IMG/VR virus record: IMGVR_UViG_3300028844_003474
Location: 1-64,000 of that record
Reading direction: 5' to 3' (one strand)
From: a virus
Length of the DNA stretch: 64,000 nucleotides
A program made the translations under genes and the position numbers. The first letter of the stretch is position 1; each line of letters begins with the position of its first letter. The notes below the pieces were generated by a model. The model was not told where the DNA came from and searched no databases. It saw nothing but the letters and a program-made list of their open reading frames with translations. Positions 19,134-27,225 of this stretch are shown piece by piece.

Positions 19134-20234
19134 ATGTGTAACGACAATAACCTGGCTGAAAAACTGCCGATCAAAGACACAAATCTTCCTCAAGCTCTAA
19201 CGCCTGGCTACAATCCATGTAGAAAGTTCTTTCCGGCCTACAGTCCATTATTTGACACGTGGACCAGAGCAGATTATGTGACGTCTCTATCTAATGCTGC
19301 ACATACTTGCGGTATAAGCATGGGAGAGTTCAAAGAGTGTATGCACACCTTGGTTTGGTATAATCCTGACATCTTCAACAGCTTGCAGTTAAGCATTTGG
19401 CACGCGTCTACTACTGATCCTGTACACAGGGTTGCAGCAGACTACAGCGATGCGGCTCTGCATGCACAGTGGCGAGATACTTGGATGACGTATCAATCAA
19501 GAGATTGTAAGACACGAACTCGTATCATGGGTGTTGCATCTCAAGAAGCAATGCTAGACAATGAACGGCTTGCAAACTTGCACGCTGAACACTGGTTGCG
19601 TACGCTGAACGAAGCACTGAGTAAGTTGCATGTTGCACGTGGATCACAACAGATGTCTCGTGCATTGTTTACGGATCCACACAAGGTGGGTTTTTACCTT
19701 GCCAGGTGGTTTGTAATGGAGTCGTATCATAAGCGTGATGAAGGCATCATAAATGCTACTCGAAGTGTTAGCAGAATCTACTCTAAGATGCAGCGTCACG
19801 TTAGACAGCTTGAAAACGCGATGTCAGAATCAAATTACGATGGATACATAGATTTGAAGAATGCACAGACCACATTAAATGAGGTTCAGCATGAGATAGA
19901 GTCTATGGATAACGTTAAGACTAAACCTTGCGGCTGTCCTCACTGTCAGTGTCAGGATCCAGACTATGTAACTGCTACTAAATCAGCAGAAAAGCTGAAG
20001 GAACAGATAGCAATGTTCAAGGAGCTTGGTGGCGATAGAAATACCGAACGGTACACCGAGTTGTGGAATGCATTGCAGAATCAGCTTAATAAGGTGAAAG
20101 ACATAGTATATGCTGTCAATAGTAAGTCAGAAGTAGAGTTTCTTATGACTGACGACTATCACGTTGTAGGCAAGCATATGGTTTGCTTTATTCACTTGGA
20201 TTTAGTTCGTATGAGTAACAGAAAGAAGAAGTAA
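19134..20234 (+). CDS. Early hypothetical protein with coiled coil and CxCxxCxC cluster
   Basis: ORF track; PCGCPHCQC. Confidence 0.7.
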   Translation: MCNDNNLAEKLPIKDTNLPQALTPGYNPCRKFFPAYSPLFDTWTRADYVTSLSNAAHTCGISMGEFKECMHTLVWYNPDIFNSLQLSIWHASTTDPVHRVAADYSDAALHAQWRDTWMTYQSRDCKTRTRIMGVASQEAMLDNERLANLHAEHWLRTLNEALSKLHVARGSQQMSRALFTDPHKVGFYLARWFVMESYHKRDEGIINATRSVSRIYSKMQRHVRQLENAMSESNYDGYIDLKNAQTTLNEVQHEIESMDNVKTKPCGCPHCQCQDPDYVTATKSAEKLKEQIAMFKELGGDRNTERYTELWNALQNQLNKVKDIVYAVNSKSEVEFLMTDDYHVVGKHMVCFIHLDLVRMSNRKKK

Positions 20235-20313
20235 CGTGTTTGAGAAAAGCATCACATTTAACCGTGTGGTGTTTTTCTTTAGATATGACTCTGCCATCGC
20301 AAGCTCGACAGAG

Positions 20314-20339
20314 AAATGAAACCACGGCGACAGTGTAGC
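20314..20339 (+). promoter_or_regulatory. Phage motif copy 2
   Basis: AAATGAAACC-ACG-GCGAC-AGTG-TAGC. Confidence 0.65.
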
Positions 20340-20395
20340 GCAATCGCGGCACACAGTGTGCTACGGAGCGCAGAAATTCCAAATACCTATACAGC

Positions 20396-20758
20396 ATGGC
20401 TGTAGCAACTAACATGGCGACTCGTAAAACTACGGGAAGCCGACAGCTCACAACCGAAGAGCTCAAAGACGTAAGTCACATTGACTTGAGCGACAAGAAA
20501 GCGGTTGTGGCAAGACTCACTGAAGCGGATGGCAAGATGCGCCGTTTCTTGGTTGACCCTGCAGATGGTGAGTTCATCACTGTTCGCGGAAAGAAGATTC
20601 AGCTCTATGGAGTTGACAAAGACCCAGTCCGTAAGGCTGCGTGGCGGAAGAACGCTACGTGGAAGTGTGCGGATGACGTCGAGGAAGGAGAGGGCACCAC
20701 GCGTGCTTACCTCGTGTACGAAGTGCCGATTAGCTTCGTAGAGGACGAGGATTGCTGA
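20396..20758 (+). CDS. Early hypothetical protein
   Basis: ORF track; GC-rich codons; flanked by motif and terminator. Confidence 0.75.
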   Translation: MAVATNMATRKTTGSRQLTTEELKDVSHIDLSDKKAVVARLTEADGKMRRFLVDPADGEFITVRGKKIQLYGVDKDPVRKAAWRKNATWKCADDVEEGEGTTRAYLVYEVPISFVEDEDC

Positions 20759-20777
20759 TATTGTCAGTGTGTGTGAT

Positions 20778-20810
20778 AAGCAGGGGAGTTAGTAGCTCCC
20801 TTGCTTTTCT
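20778..20810 (+). terminator. Intrinsic terminator
   Basis: AAGCAGGGGAGTT-AGT-AGCTCCCTTGCTT followed by TTCT. Confidence 0.8.
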
Positions 20811-20831
20811 ACTTAGCGACTAGTTCATTGC

Positions 20832-20910
20832 AAGCTAGTTTTTCGACTAACTAACTATTTTACTGTCTAACTACCGTAATTAAGCTATGTTTTTTCGACT
20901 AACTAGCTAT
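20832..20910. repeat. Imperfect direct repeat x2
   Basis: AAGCTAGTTTTTCGACTAACTAACTAT (20832-20858) and AAGCTATGTTTTTTCGACTAACTAGCTAT (20882-20910). Confidence 0.8.
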
Positions 20911-20931
20911 AAAGTTCGATGGTAGATCTTC

Positions 20932-20957
20932 AAATGAAACCCTCGCTACGTGATAGC
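20932..20957 (+). promoter_or_regulatory. Phage motif copy 3
   Basis: AAATGAAACC-CTC-GCTAC-GTGA-TAGC. Confidence 0.7.
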
Positions 20958-21074
20958 AAGACAGAGTGAGTACGGGCCAAGCCATATACCACCTGTTTAG
21001 CTATAAATCCATGGCTATACCTTAACTACCTTAGTTATTGTATAGTCTTTTATTAACCTAATAAGTTTTTTATC

Positions 21075-21488
21075 ATGTGCAAAAAAGATAAAGAAGAAAA
21101 GCCAGAAGACTTTATTTGCAAAATAACATGCGGTAACGAAGGCACTGCGTGTCTACTTACCTTCACAACTCATTTTACATTACATAGTTTCTTTCAAGCT
21201 ATCGCAGCTAGCTATCCAGATGTAAATTCTGACAATCCAGTATTGTTACGCTTCTCTGAAGACTATGATGGGTTTCGTATGACCCTTACTTGTACGGGCT
21301 ATGCAGACAGTACGTTTTCTTTTAACATATCTGATTCTAACGTTGATTCTTTTTGTCAGTATGTTATTGGTGACCCTATTAACTATACTGTCAAAGATGT
21401 CTTCATTGGATGTATTCGCAATGAGATGACTAAGGTTACAGGTCGTTATGTTTCACACCTAAAAGAAGAATACCATGTCTTCCAGTAA
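21075..21488 (+). CDS. Hypothetical protein
   Basis: ORF track. Confidence 0.6.
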   Translation: MCKKDKEEKPEDFICKITCGNEGTACLLTFTTHFTLHSFFQAIAASYPDVNSDNPVLLRFSEDYDGFRMTLTCTGYADSTFSFNISDSNVDSFCQYVIGDPINYTVKDVFIGCIRNEMTKVTGRYVSHLKEEYHVFQ

Positions 21489-22032
21489 TATGACAGAAAG
21501 GAACATCATCATATTTGATTTAGATGGTACTCTTGCTAATGTGAGTGTAAGACGTAGTCTTGCTGACTCTGCTAAAGCTAAAGTATTAGGTGAGGTTACT
21601 CATCCTTATGCTGATAAGGAGTTAGTGCAACAGGCTAATGAGGCTTGGTGGCATGAGTGGGAGGGAGTATCCGCCAATATCCAGTATGATAGACCTTCAC
21701 CGGTTGCTGATATACTGCGTGGCTTCCATATGTTGAATAGATTTCACATTGTTATATTTTCTGGCCGTAATAATCGGCTTCATAATGTAACTTTGCGTTG
21801 GTTAGACAAGCATAGAATTCATTTTGATGATTTCTTTATTCGTCCTGCTAACGACATGCGACCTGACGAGGTGTTAAAGAATGAGATGCTTATGTCTAAA
21901 CCTGAGGGGTGGCGTCGTAGAGTAAGAGTTATTTTTGACGATCGTAATAAAGTCGTCAAAGAATGGAAAAAGCTTGCATTGCTTCCTGAACACAGCTTTT
22001 CTCTAGTTCAAGTTGCTGATGGTGACTTTTAA
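21475..22032 (+). CDS. HAD-family phosphatase (T4 PNK 3'-phosphatase domain-like)
   Basis: FDLDGTLA, FSGR, RPD..LK, FDDR, QVAxGDF. Confidence 0.88.
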   Translation: MSSSNMTERNIIIFDLDGTLANVSVRRSLADSAKAKVLGEVTHPYADKELVQQANEAWWHEWEGVSANIQYDRPSPVADILRGFHMLNRFHIVIFSGRNNRLHNVTLRWLDKHRIHFDDFFIRPANDMRPDEVLKNEMLMSKPEGWRRRVRVIFDDRNKVVKEWKKLALLPEHSFSLVQVADGDF

Positions 22033-22040
22033 AAAAAAAT

Positions 22041-22225
22041 CCTGCTGCGGCAGGTATGGGACGTGGTTGAGAACTGTGACCGCAGTCGGTTTAGTACCGC
22101 CACTCCCATTAAACAGGTGATAAACACAGCCTTAAATGTGTTTGATTTTGGTTGACCATGACAAGATGGTCGTCAGTAGATTGTTAGGGGTAGGGGATCA
22201 AAACGTTGGTTCCCTACTGCTACCA
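22041..22225 (+). ncRNA. Cluster of stem-loops upstream of the tRNAs (candidate structured RNA)
   Basis: CCTGC/GCAGG; TGGGAcGTGG/CCACTCCCA enclosing ACTGT/GCAGT and CGGT/ACCG; AAACACA/TGTGTTT; GACCAT/ATGGTC; GTAGGGGATCAA/TTGGTTCCCTAC. Confidence 0.45.
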
Positions 22226-22244
22226 ACAAAGAGTACATAATTTT

Positions 22245-22329
22245 GCCACTGTGATGAAATTGGTAGACATGACAGACTTAAAATCTGTTGGACAGTTTGT
22301 CCGTACCGGTTCGAATCCGGTCAGTGGTA
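22245..22329 (+). tRNA. trnL: tRNA-Leu(TAA)
   Basis: GCCACTG/CAGTGGT acceptor, ACAGA-CTTAAAA-TCTGT anticodon arm, long variable arm, GGTTCGAATCC. Confidence 0.95.
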
Positions 22330-22363
22330 CTAAAACATTTAGCACACCTAACGTGCTTTTTAT

Positions 22364-22437
22364 ACTCCTGTAGCACAACCGGATAGTGCAACATCCTTCT
22401 AAGATGTAGGTTGTGGGTTCGAATCCCGCCAGGAGTA
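22364..22437 (+). tRNA. trnR: tRNA-Arg(TCT)
   Basis: ACTCCTG/CAGGAGT acceptor, ACATC-CTTCTAA-GATGT, GGTTCGAATCC. Confidence 0.95.
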
Positions 22438-22453
22438 CTTTTATTTTAATATT

Positions 22454-22585
22454 ATGTCAAAGATTGTATCCGTAGCTAAAGAAACTGTCTCTACTAAGAG
22501 ACCAGGTATTCACAGCAAAACCAAAACCTCTAATCACAAGAGCAGTAAATGCTATCGTAAAAAGTATAGAGGTCAAGGTAAATAA
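22454..22585 (+). CDS. 43-aa basic protein ending KKYRGQGK (not in ORF track)
   Basis: Hand translation MSKIVSVAKETVSTKRPGIHSKTKTSNHKSSKCYRKKYRGQGK; motif recurrent in aquatic phages. Confidence 0.75.
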   Translation: MSKIVSVAKETVSTKRPGIHSKTKTSNHKSSKCYRKKYRGQGK

Positions 22586-22586
22586 A

Positions 22587-22994
22587 ATCCCTATACCGTC
22601 TGATTAGAGTCAGACACTTAGGGCTGGTCAGTTAAAGACCTTAAAACCCATGAGAGGCTATGGTTCCTCTCGGTTTGTCGGTGGTGTTAGCCGAAGTAAT
22701 CTCCACCTAATGGTACATGAACGTACAAGTGGCCTCTGTCTCATACTCTCTAAAGTTGGCAGAGGCTGCGGATCTCATTGGGGTCTGACTGAGCCTTATT
22801 ACCCAAATCAGTTACTATCTAAAAGTCCTACGCTAAACAATCGTAGGCATTATTTATCAGTCAAGCAATAGTGTACGTGTTACCGCTTGATGTATAGACC
22901 ACGTACCTGTCCCAACTTGGACAGCTTAGTCATAGTTAGAGAGAGTGTAGCTGTTATGCCAGCCTACGGGTCGCAGTGCACTCTCTTGTTTTTT
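22587..22994 (+). ncRNA. Candidate large structured ncRNA (about 400 nt)
   Basis: About ten helices, one H-type pseudoknot and a terminal terminator-like hairpin with U-tract; no convincing ORF. Confidence 0.6.
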
Positions 22995-23005
22995 CACAAA
23001 TAAAT

Positions 23006-23446
23006 ATGGATAGAGAAACAGAAATTACCGACAAGCTATTGCAGCTTATGAGAGTACAACAGATTAACCACAACCTTGAGAATGAGTGTATTAAGCTGCG
23101 TCATGAGGTCGGAAATTTGGAAGAGCGTGACAATGGTCGTCTTATCGAAGATTTGCGCAAAGAAAACTCTGATCTTAGAGGTGAACTCTATAAGCTCAAG
23201 GGGCGGGTGCAGCTCATGGATAATATTGTGTATCTCTACGAGGCTGAGAGGTACTTTGATTTCAAAAAGCCACGACTGTCAAAAGTTTGTCGTGAGCTTA
23301 ATATGGATATGCAGGATGCAGTTGATGTTCTAGCACAAACAGGCCTCATTGAATGGTCTCGACGTGAGACATTCTGTAAACCAAACACAAAGCTGGATAT
23401 GATGCAGTACTGTGTGTTGAGGTTTATAGATCACAAAAACAAGTAG
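23006..23446 (+). CDS. Coiled-coil protein with C-terminal IF2 N-terminal-domain-like module
   Basis: RLSKVCRELNMDMQDAVDVLAQTG...KPNTKL. Confidence 0.6.
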   Translation: MDRETEITDKLLQLMRVQQINHNLENECIKLRHEVGNLEERDNGRLIEDLRKENSDLRGELYKLKGRVQLMDNIVYLYEAERYFDFKKPRLSKVCRELNMDMQDAVDVLAQTGLIEWSRRETFCKPNTKLDMMQYCVLRFIDHKNK

Positions 23447-23448
23447 AC

Positions 23449-23856
23449 ATGGACATTAGCAAGACAAAGTTCATCAAGAACTTCGTGTTTAAAAAGATTA
23501 GCAAAGAAGGGTCTTACGGTGACAACCAAAGATATATCACTTATCAAGCTTGGCTTCACTTACCAAACAACTACAGGCTTTCGATAATAACCAGCCCTGT
23601 TGGTACAGGACTTACTTCAGTTCCTAACACGTATGAAATTGGGTTCTTTTCTAATCATCATCATAATGGGATGATTAAAGCACACAAGGAAGTGTATTGT
23701 TTTAACATCAAAGGTGTAGAAAAAGAGGTTGTTGCGTATCATACGACTGCTGAATATCTCACTCTTGAAGATCTTGAAGAATACCTTGTAGAAATCAGTG
23801 AGTGGCCTACTCGCACCAAAGAGATGGATATCGAAGAAGGTTATATTGACTCTTAA
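23449..23856 (+). CDS. Hypothetical protein (NNYxLSII...YEIG phage family)
   Basis: ORF track. Confidence 0.65.
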   Translation: MDISKTKFIKNFVFKKISKEGSYGDNQRYITYQAWLHLPNNYRLSIITSPVGTGLTSVPNTYEIGFFSNHHHNGMIKAHKEVYCFNIKGVEKEVVAYHTTAEYLTLEDLEEYLVEISEWPTRTKEMDIEEGYIDS

Positions 23857-23878
23857 AATAAATAACCCCTTCGTTTTA

Positions 23879-23955
23879 GCGCTTGTAGCTCAGTTGGTCA
23901 GAGCATCCGACTCATAATCGGCAGGTCGTAGGTTCAAGCCCTACCAGGCGCACCA
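23879..23955 (+). tRNA. tRNA with CAT anticodon, probably Ile2 (lysidine) rather than Met
   Basis: GCGCTTG/CAGGCGC acceptor plus ACCA; CCGA-CTCATAA-TCGG anticodon arm resembles bacterial Ile2; lacks initiator GGG/CCC and 1-72 mismatch. Confidence 0.9.
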
Positions 23956-24067
23956 TAAGGTTGAAACGTCAATCTTGCAGAGCAAACAAAACTGAGTATA
24001 GGTTTGGAATAATCTTCATGATTAGTTTTTTTGGTTTAGGAGTTTTCCAGTTCTCCTAGCTCTGCTT

Positions 24068-24093
24068 AAATGAACCCTACGCTACGTTGTAGC
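24068..24093 (+). promoter_or_regulatory. Phage motif copy 4
   Basis: AAATGAACCC-TAC-GCTAC-GTTG-TAGC. Confidence 0.7.
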
Positions 24094-24122
24094 AAATATA
24101 TATAATACACAAACACAAAATA

Positions 24123-24551
24123 ATGCAAGAACTATTTTATGCAGTTGTAGCAGTTGCCATGGCTATGGCTGCAGTCACAGTTTTCTATCTATCGTACAAT
24201 ATTTCAGAAGCTAAAGCTTTGCGTAAAGCGTGCGATCATTGTAATTCTTATCTTAAAGAGTTAGAAGCAAAGAACACTAAGTTAAAATCACAGATAGAAA
24301 GAGCAGAAACAAAGTCTGCAATGTACTATGCTGTGAATCGAAGTCTAAAAGAGACTATTGACGTAATCCATACAGATCATAAAACGCTTGTAATCAAGTG
24401 GAGTACAGTTGAATCTGCATATCATAAGCTTCTTGAGCAACTGGAACAATTTACTTCAGAGGCTGAAGATCTAAGAGAATTAGAAAAAGACAATAATCAG
24501 CTTAGTATATTCTCTCAAATTAATAACGCAATAAAAACCCCTATGGAATAA
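24123..24551 (+). CDS. Membrane-anchored coiled-coil protein
   Basis: N-terminal hydrophobic helix followed by heptads. Confidence 0.7.
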   Translation: MQELFYAVVAVAMAMAAVTVFYLSYNISEAKALRKACDHCNSYLKELEAKNTKLKSQIERAETKSAMYYAVNRSLKETIDVIHTDHKTLVIKWSTVESAYHKLLEQLEQFTSEAEDLRELEKDNNQLSIFSQINNAIKTPME

Positions 24552-24874
24552 TGATAGACGAGCTTCTTTACGAAGAGGACGACAACCCAGACAAAAACGA
24601 AGACTCAACAAAAGAACTATCTAATGATTTAACTACTGTTAAATGGTGTACAGTAGTCCTTAGATCTATTAAAAGAGCTTTTAAAGAGAATCGAACACAG
24701 GTTATTTTATCTGATGAATTCCAGGCTACGTATCCAATGGGTGCGTGGCCTATTTTATTAGATCAAATTAGAAAGCTCATGGAAACTATGGAAGACTATG
24801 AGCGATGCATTGAAATAGTAGAGTTAAAAGAAGATGTAAATATAAAATTACTTACAGAAAATGTTTCAGAATAA
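24551..24874 (+). CDS. Hypothetical protein with UVR-like EDYERC motif
   Basis: EDYERCxxI. Confidence 0.6.
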   Translation: MIDELLYEEDDNPDKNEDSTKELSNDLTTVKWCTVVLRSIKRAFKENRTQVILSDEFQATYPMGAWPILLDQIRKLMETMEDYERCIEIVELKEDVNIKLLTENVSE

Positions 24875-25094
24875 AGAATGGCAACAAAAATTAAACGCTA
24901 GCATAAACAAGGGTGACTTCCTATTATTCCTGTCACCTGAAAATACAGAGCGATACGATTTTTTAGTTACAAGCCTTCCCCCAGAGTATCAGCCTCTCAT
25001 ACATGCTGCATTTTACGTGTTTCAAGATGAGAAAATGATACAAGAGTTATACAAGGCGGTGCCTGCCTTAGTAAAAGGTGCAATTAAGTCATAA
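24861..25094 (+). CDS. Hypothetical protein
   Basis: ORF track; overlaps upstream gene. Confidence 0.55.
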   Translation: MFQNKEWQQKLNASINKGDFLLFLSPENTERYDFLVTSLPPEYQPLIHAAFYVFQDEKMIQELYKAVPALVKGAIKS

Positions 25095-25111
25095 TATATA
25101 AAAATAAGAAC

Positions 25112-25582
25112 ATGGCTACAACAGAATATTTTAGTGAAGTCGTAGAAGTTTCTAACGACAAGCAAGACAAGAGCGGTAACACTTACCGTACTATTAGAGT
25201 TCAGGCAACGCCTGCAGTGAGTCGGACTAATCCGTTTACAAAACAAGAGGAAGTGTGCCCCGGTACATCACGTACGTTTACTGTCAATTCATGGCAGGGC
25301 GGCGTTGATTCTCCATGGAATCACATTTTTAACATGCCTGCAGGTACTCCAGTACTTGGAACACAGGTTAAGTTAGATGTGCAACCGTACGAGATTGACG
25401 GAAAAACGTTTACCACAGCCACTATTCTCGTTCCTGATACAGAGGATAGTCCCACATGGACACGGAGTTTAGACACTGTGTTACGCTGGGACAACTTTAC
25501 TCCTGCAGGTAGTTTCGTCCCTCCGATTAATGTTATCGAAGAGACTGCTACAGAAGAAGTTACAGAGGCTTTAGAAGTCTAA
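25112..25582 (+). CDS. Putative OB-fold/SSB-like protein
   Basis: Beta-rich, DKxGNxY and VxPYEIDG motifs, acidic tail, followed by terminator. Confidence 0.45.
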   Translation: MATTEYFSEVVEVSNDKQDKSGNTYRTIRVQATPAVSRTNPFTKQEEVCPGTSRTFTVNSWQGGVDSPWNHIFNMPAGTPVLGTQVKLDVQPYEIDGKTFTTATILVPDTEDSPTWTRSLDTVLRWDNFTPAGSFVPPINVIEETATEEVTEALEV

Positions 25583-25629
25583 TTTAACTTAGGATAAAAC
25601 AAAAACTAGACTAGTGTTTCATAACTCTT

Positions 25630-25654
25630 GGGGGGTTTTCTAGTTCCCCCTTTT
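25630..25654 (+). terminator. Intrinsic terminator
   Basis: GGGGG...CCCCC followed by TTTT. Confidence 0.55.
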
Positions 25655-25671
25655 CCTAAAAACATTACAAA

Positions 25672-26340
25672 ATGCCAAACAATACTTATTGTGAAGTAAT
25701 AATTCAAGGGTTAAACCCTGAAATTACATTGGTAGCAAATCGTTTAAATACTTTAGAAACAGATCCTCACGACCGTGATGGGTTTTTAAAAAGTTTTTTA
25801 GATGATCCAGGAGAGGATGCTCAAGGCAGAATAAAAAAAGATGCAAATAACATTCGTTCTCAAGAGTGGGGAACTAAATGGGATGTCTACAGTGTACGCA
25901 ATGTAAGTTTCACTGAGATTCCTGAAGATCAAAAAAACCACTTTACTTATGACGGTGAAATTGAATGCATTTGGGAATCAGCTTGGTCTCCTCCTATAGA
26001 AGGGCTTATAAAGCTATCTAAAAAACATAAGCTTACTATTCAAATTAAGTACGAAGATGAAGGTATGGCTTTTGTTGGCATGTATAAAGTGATTGAAGGT
26101 GAGCCTGTCTTTGATTATTGTTTTCAAGGTGATCAAATCATTGAGGGTTTGTATCGAGTATTTGGAATAGACAGGCTGCGAGATTATTTCAAATTTCACT
26201 TTGAAAACAACCATAATAGCGCTTTTACATTGCTTACAAACCAAAAGCACTGGATGTCCAGAGACATTATGCTAGACTTAATCAATGATTTTTTGATTAA
26301 GCTAAAACCAAAGGACATTAGACCTTTAATACTAGATTAA
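25672..26340 (+). CDS. YubB/DUF1281 ferredoxin-like family protein
   Basis: MPN start, WGTKWD, SAWSPP, YEDEGMxFxG. Confidence 0.8.
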   Translation: MPNNTYCEVIIQGLNPEITLVANRLNTLETDPHDRDGFLKSFLDDPGEDAQGRIKKDANNIRSQEWGTKWDVYSVRNVSFTEIPEDQKNHFTYDGEIECIWESAWSPPIEGLIKLSKKHKLTIQIKYEDEGMAFVGMYKVIEGEPVFDYCFQGDQIIEGLYRVFGIDRLRDYFKFHFENNHNSAFTLLTNQKHWMSRDIMLDLINDFLIKLKPKDIRPLILD

Positions 26341-26343
26341 AAT

Positions 26344-26772
26344 ATGATTACAAGAAAAAACTCTCCATATACTCCTGAAATAAACGATTACATACTTAAA
26401 AATATGAATTTGCGTTTATTGCGAGGGAGATACACTCGTTATTCCGCAGCAAAAGGTGTAGCAAATGAGCTTCATGTTAAGTTTAAAAAGAATTTTAAAG
26501 CCAATGCTATAATGCAAAAGTGGACAAAGCTGAATAATGCAGCTATTCCAGAGCATAGAATCAAATGGAATACTAGTAGACGCTGCTATATACCCTTTAT
26601 GGCAGGAGTTCAACGCGTTTCTAACATTGATTTAAGCAAGAGCATTGAAAAAACTGTAAATGAAGTCAGGCAACTTACTGATTCATTTCAAGTCTTAAAC
26701 TATGTCGATCCTAAAAGTATTGAAATTCATTCTACCCCAGGTAGCTTGAAAGTTCGTATTAACATGGATTAA
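26344..26772 (+). CDS. Putative DNA-binding (Myb/HTH-like) protein
   Basis: YTPExNDYI...AxELxxKF...NAIxQKWxKL. Confidence 0.5.
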   Translation: MITRKNSPYTPEINDYILKNMNLRLLRGRYTRYSAAKGVANELHVKFKKNFKANAIMQKWTKLNNAAIPEHRIKWNTSRRCYIPFMAGVQRVSNIDLSKSIEKTVNEVRQLTDSFQVLNYVDPKSIEIHSTPGSLKVRINMD

Positions 26773-26854
26773 TACATTTGTAATGTTAGAGGAGTCTAAA
26801 TCGGGCTCCTCTACATTACATTAATGTTGACTAAAAAATTTGTCACATTTAGTC

Positions 26855-26941
26855 ATGGAATTTATAAAAGAGAATTGGATTGATTTTACGTGCGCTGTTT
26901 ACTTTGTAGCAGCCTTTATTTTATTTACACTACTGACATGA
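26855..26941 (+). CDS. 28-aa single-TM peptide (not in ORF track)
   Basis: MEFIKENWIDFTCAVYFVAAFILFTLLT; ATGA-coupled to next gene. Confidence 0.6.
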   Translation: MEFIKENWIDFTCAVYFVAAFILFTLLT

Positions 26942-27225
26942 ATAAAAGTTTTTACTTCCTCTTGTTGCTTACGCCAACTGCGTGCACTGGTCCTGATATT
27001 CAAACAGATGTATACACCTATGGATACTCTAATGGTGTAGAAACTTATGAAGGATGGCAGCAATGTGATTTTAAAAGTTGCGAGGAAGTAGAATGTTGTA
27101 TAACTTCAAACATAGATGGAGCTATTATAACCTATGCTCCGTACGGGTACGATAGTTTAGTCATACAAATAGACTGTTGGACTAATGAGTGCCCAGACAC
27201 AGTTTACACACATCTATACAACTGA
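26938..27225 (+). CDS. Cys-rich lipoprotein
   Basis: MNKSFYFLLLLTPTA-C signal peptide II-like. Confidence 0.65.
   Translation: MNKSFYFLLLLTPTACTGPDIQTDVYTYGYSNGVETYEGWQQCDFKSCEEVECCITSNIDGAIITYAPYGYDSLVIQIDCWTNECPDTVYTHLYN

Noticed and set aside
20832-20910. Mini CRISPR array
   Set aside because: Only two imperfect copies with a spacer of about 23 nt, and no cas genes
22650-22871. 73-aa plus-strand ORF in the track
   Set aside because: Atypical composition and lies wholly within densely base-paired sequence; better explained as ncRNA
22587-22994. tmRNA, RNase P RNA or group I intron identity
   Set aside because: No tRNA-Ala-like ends with T-arm/CCA, no GAGGAAAGUCC core, and no interrupted host gene seen
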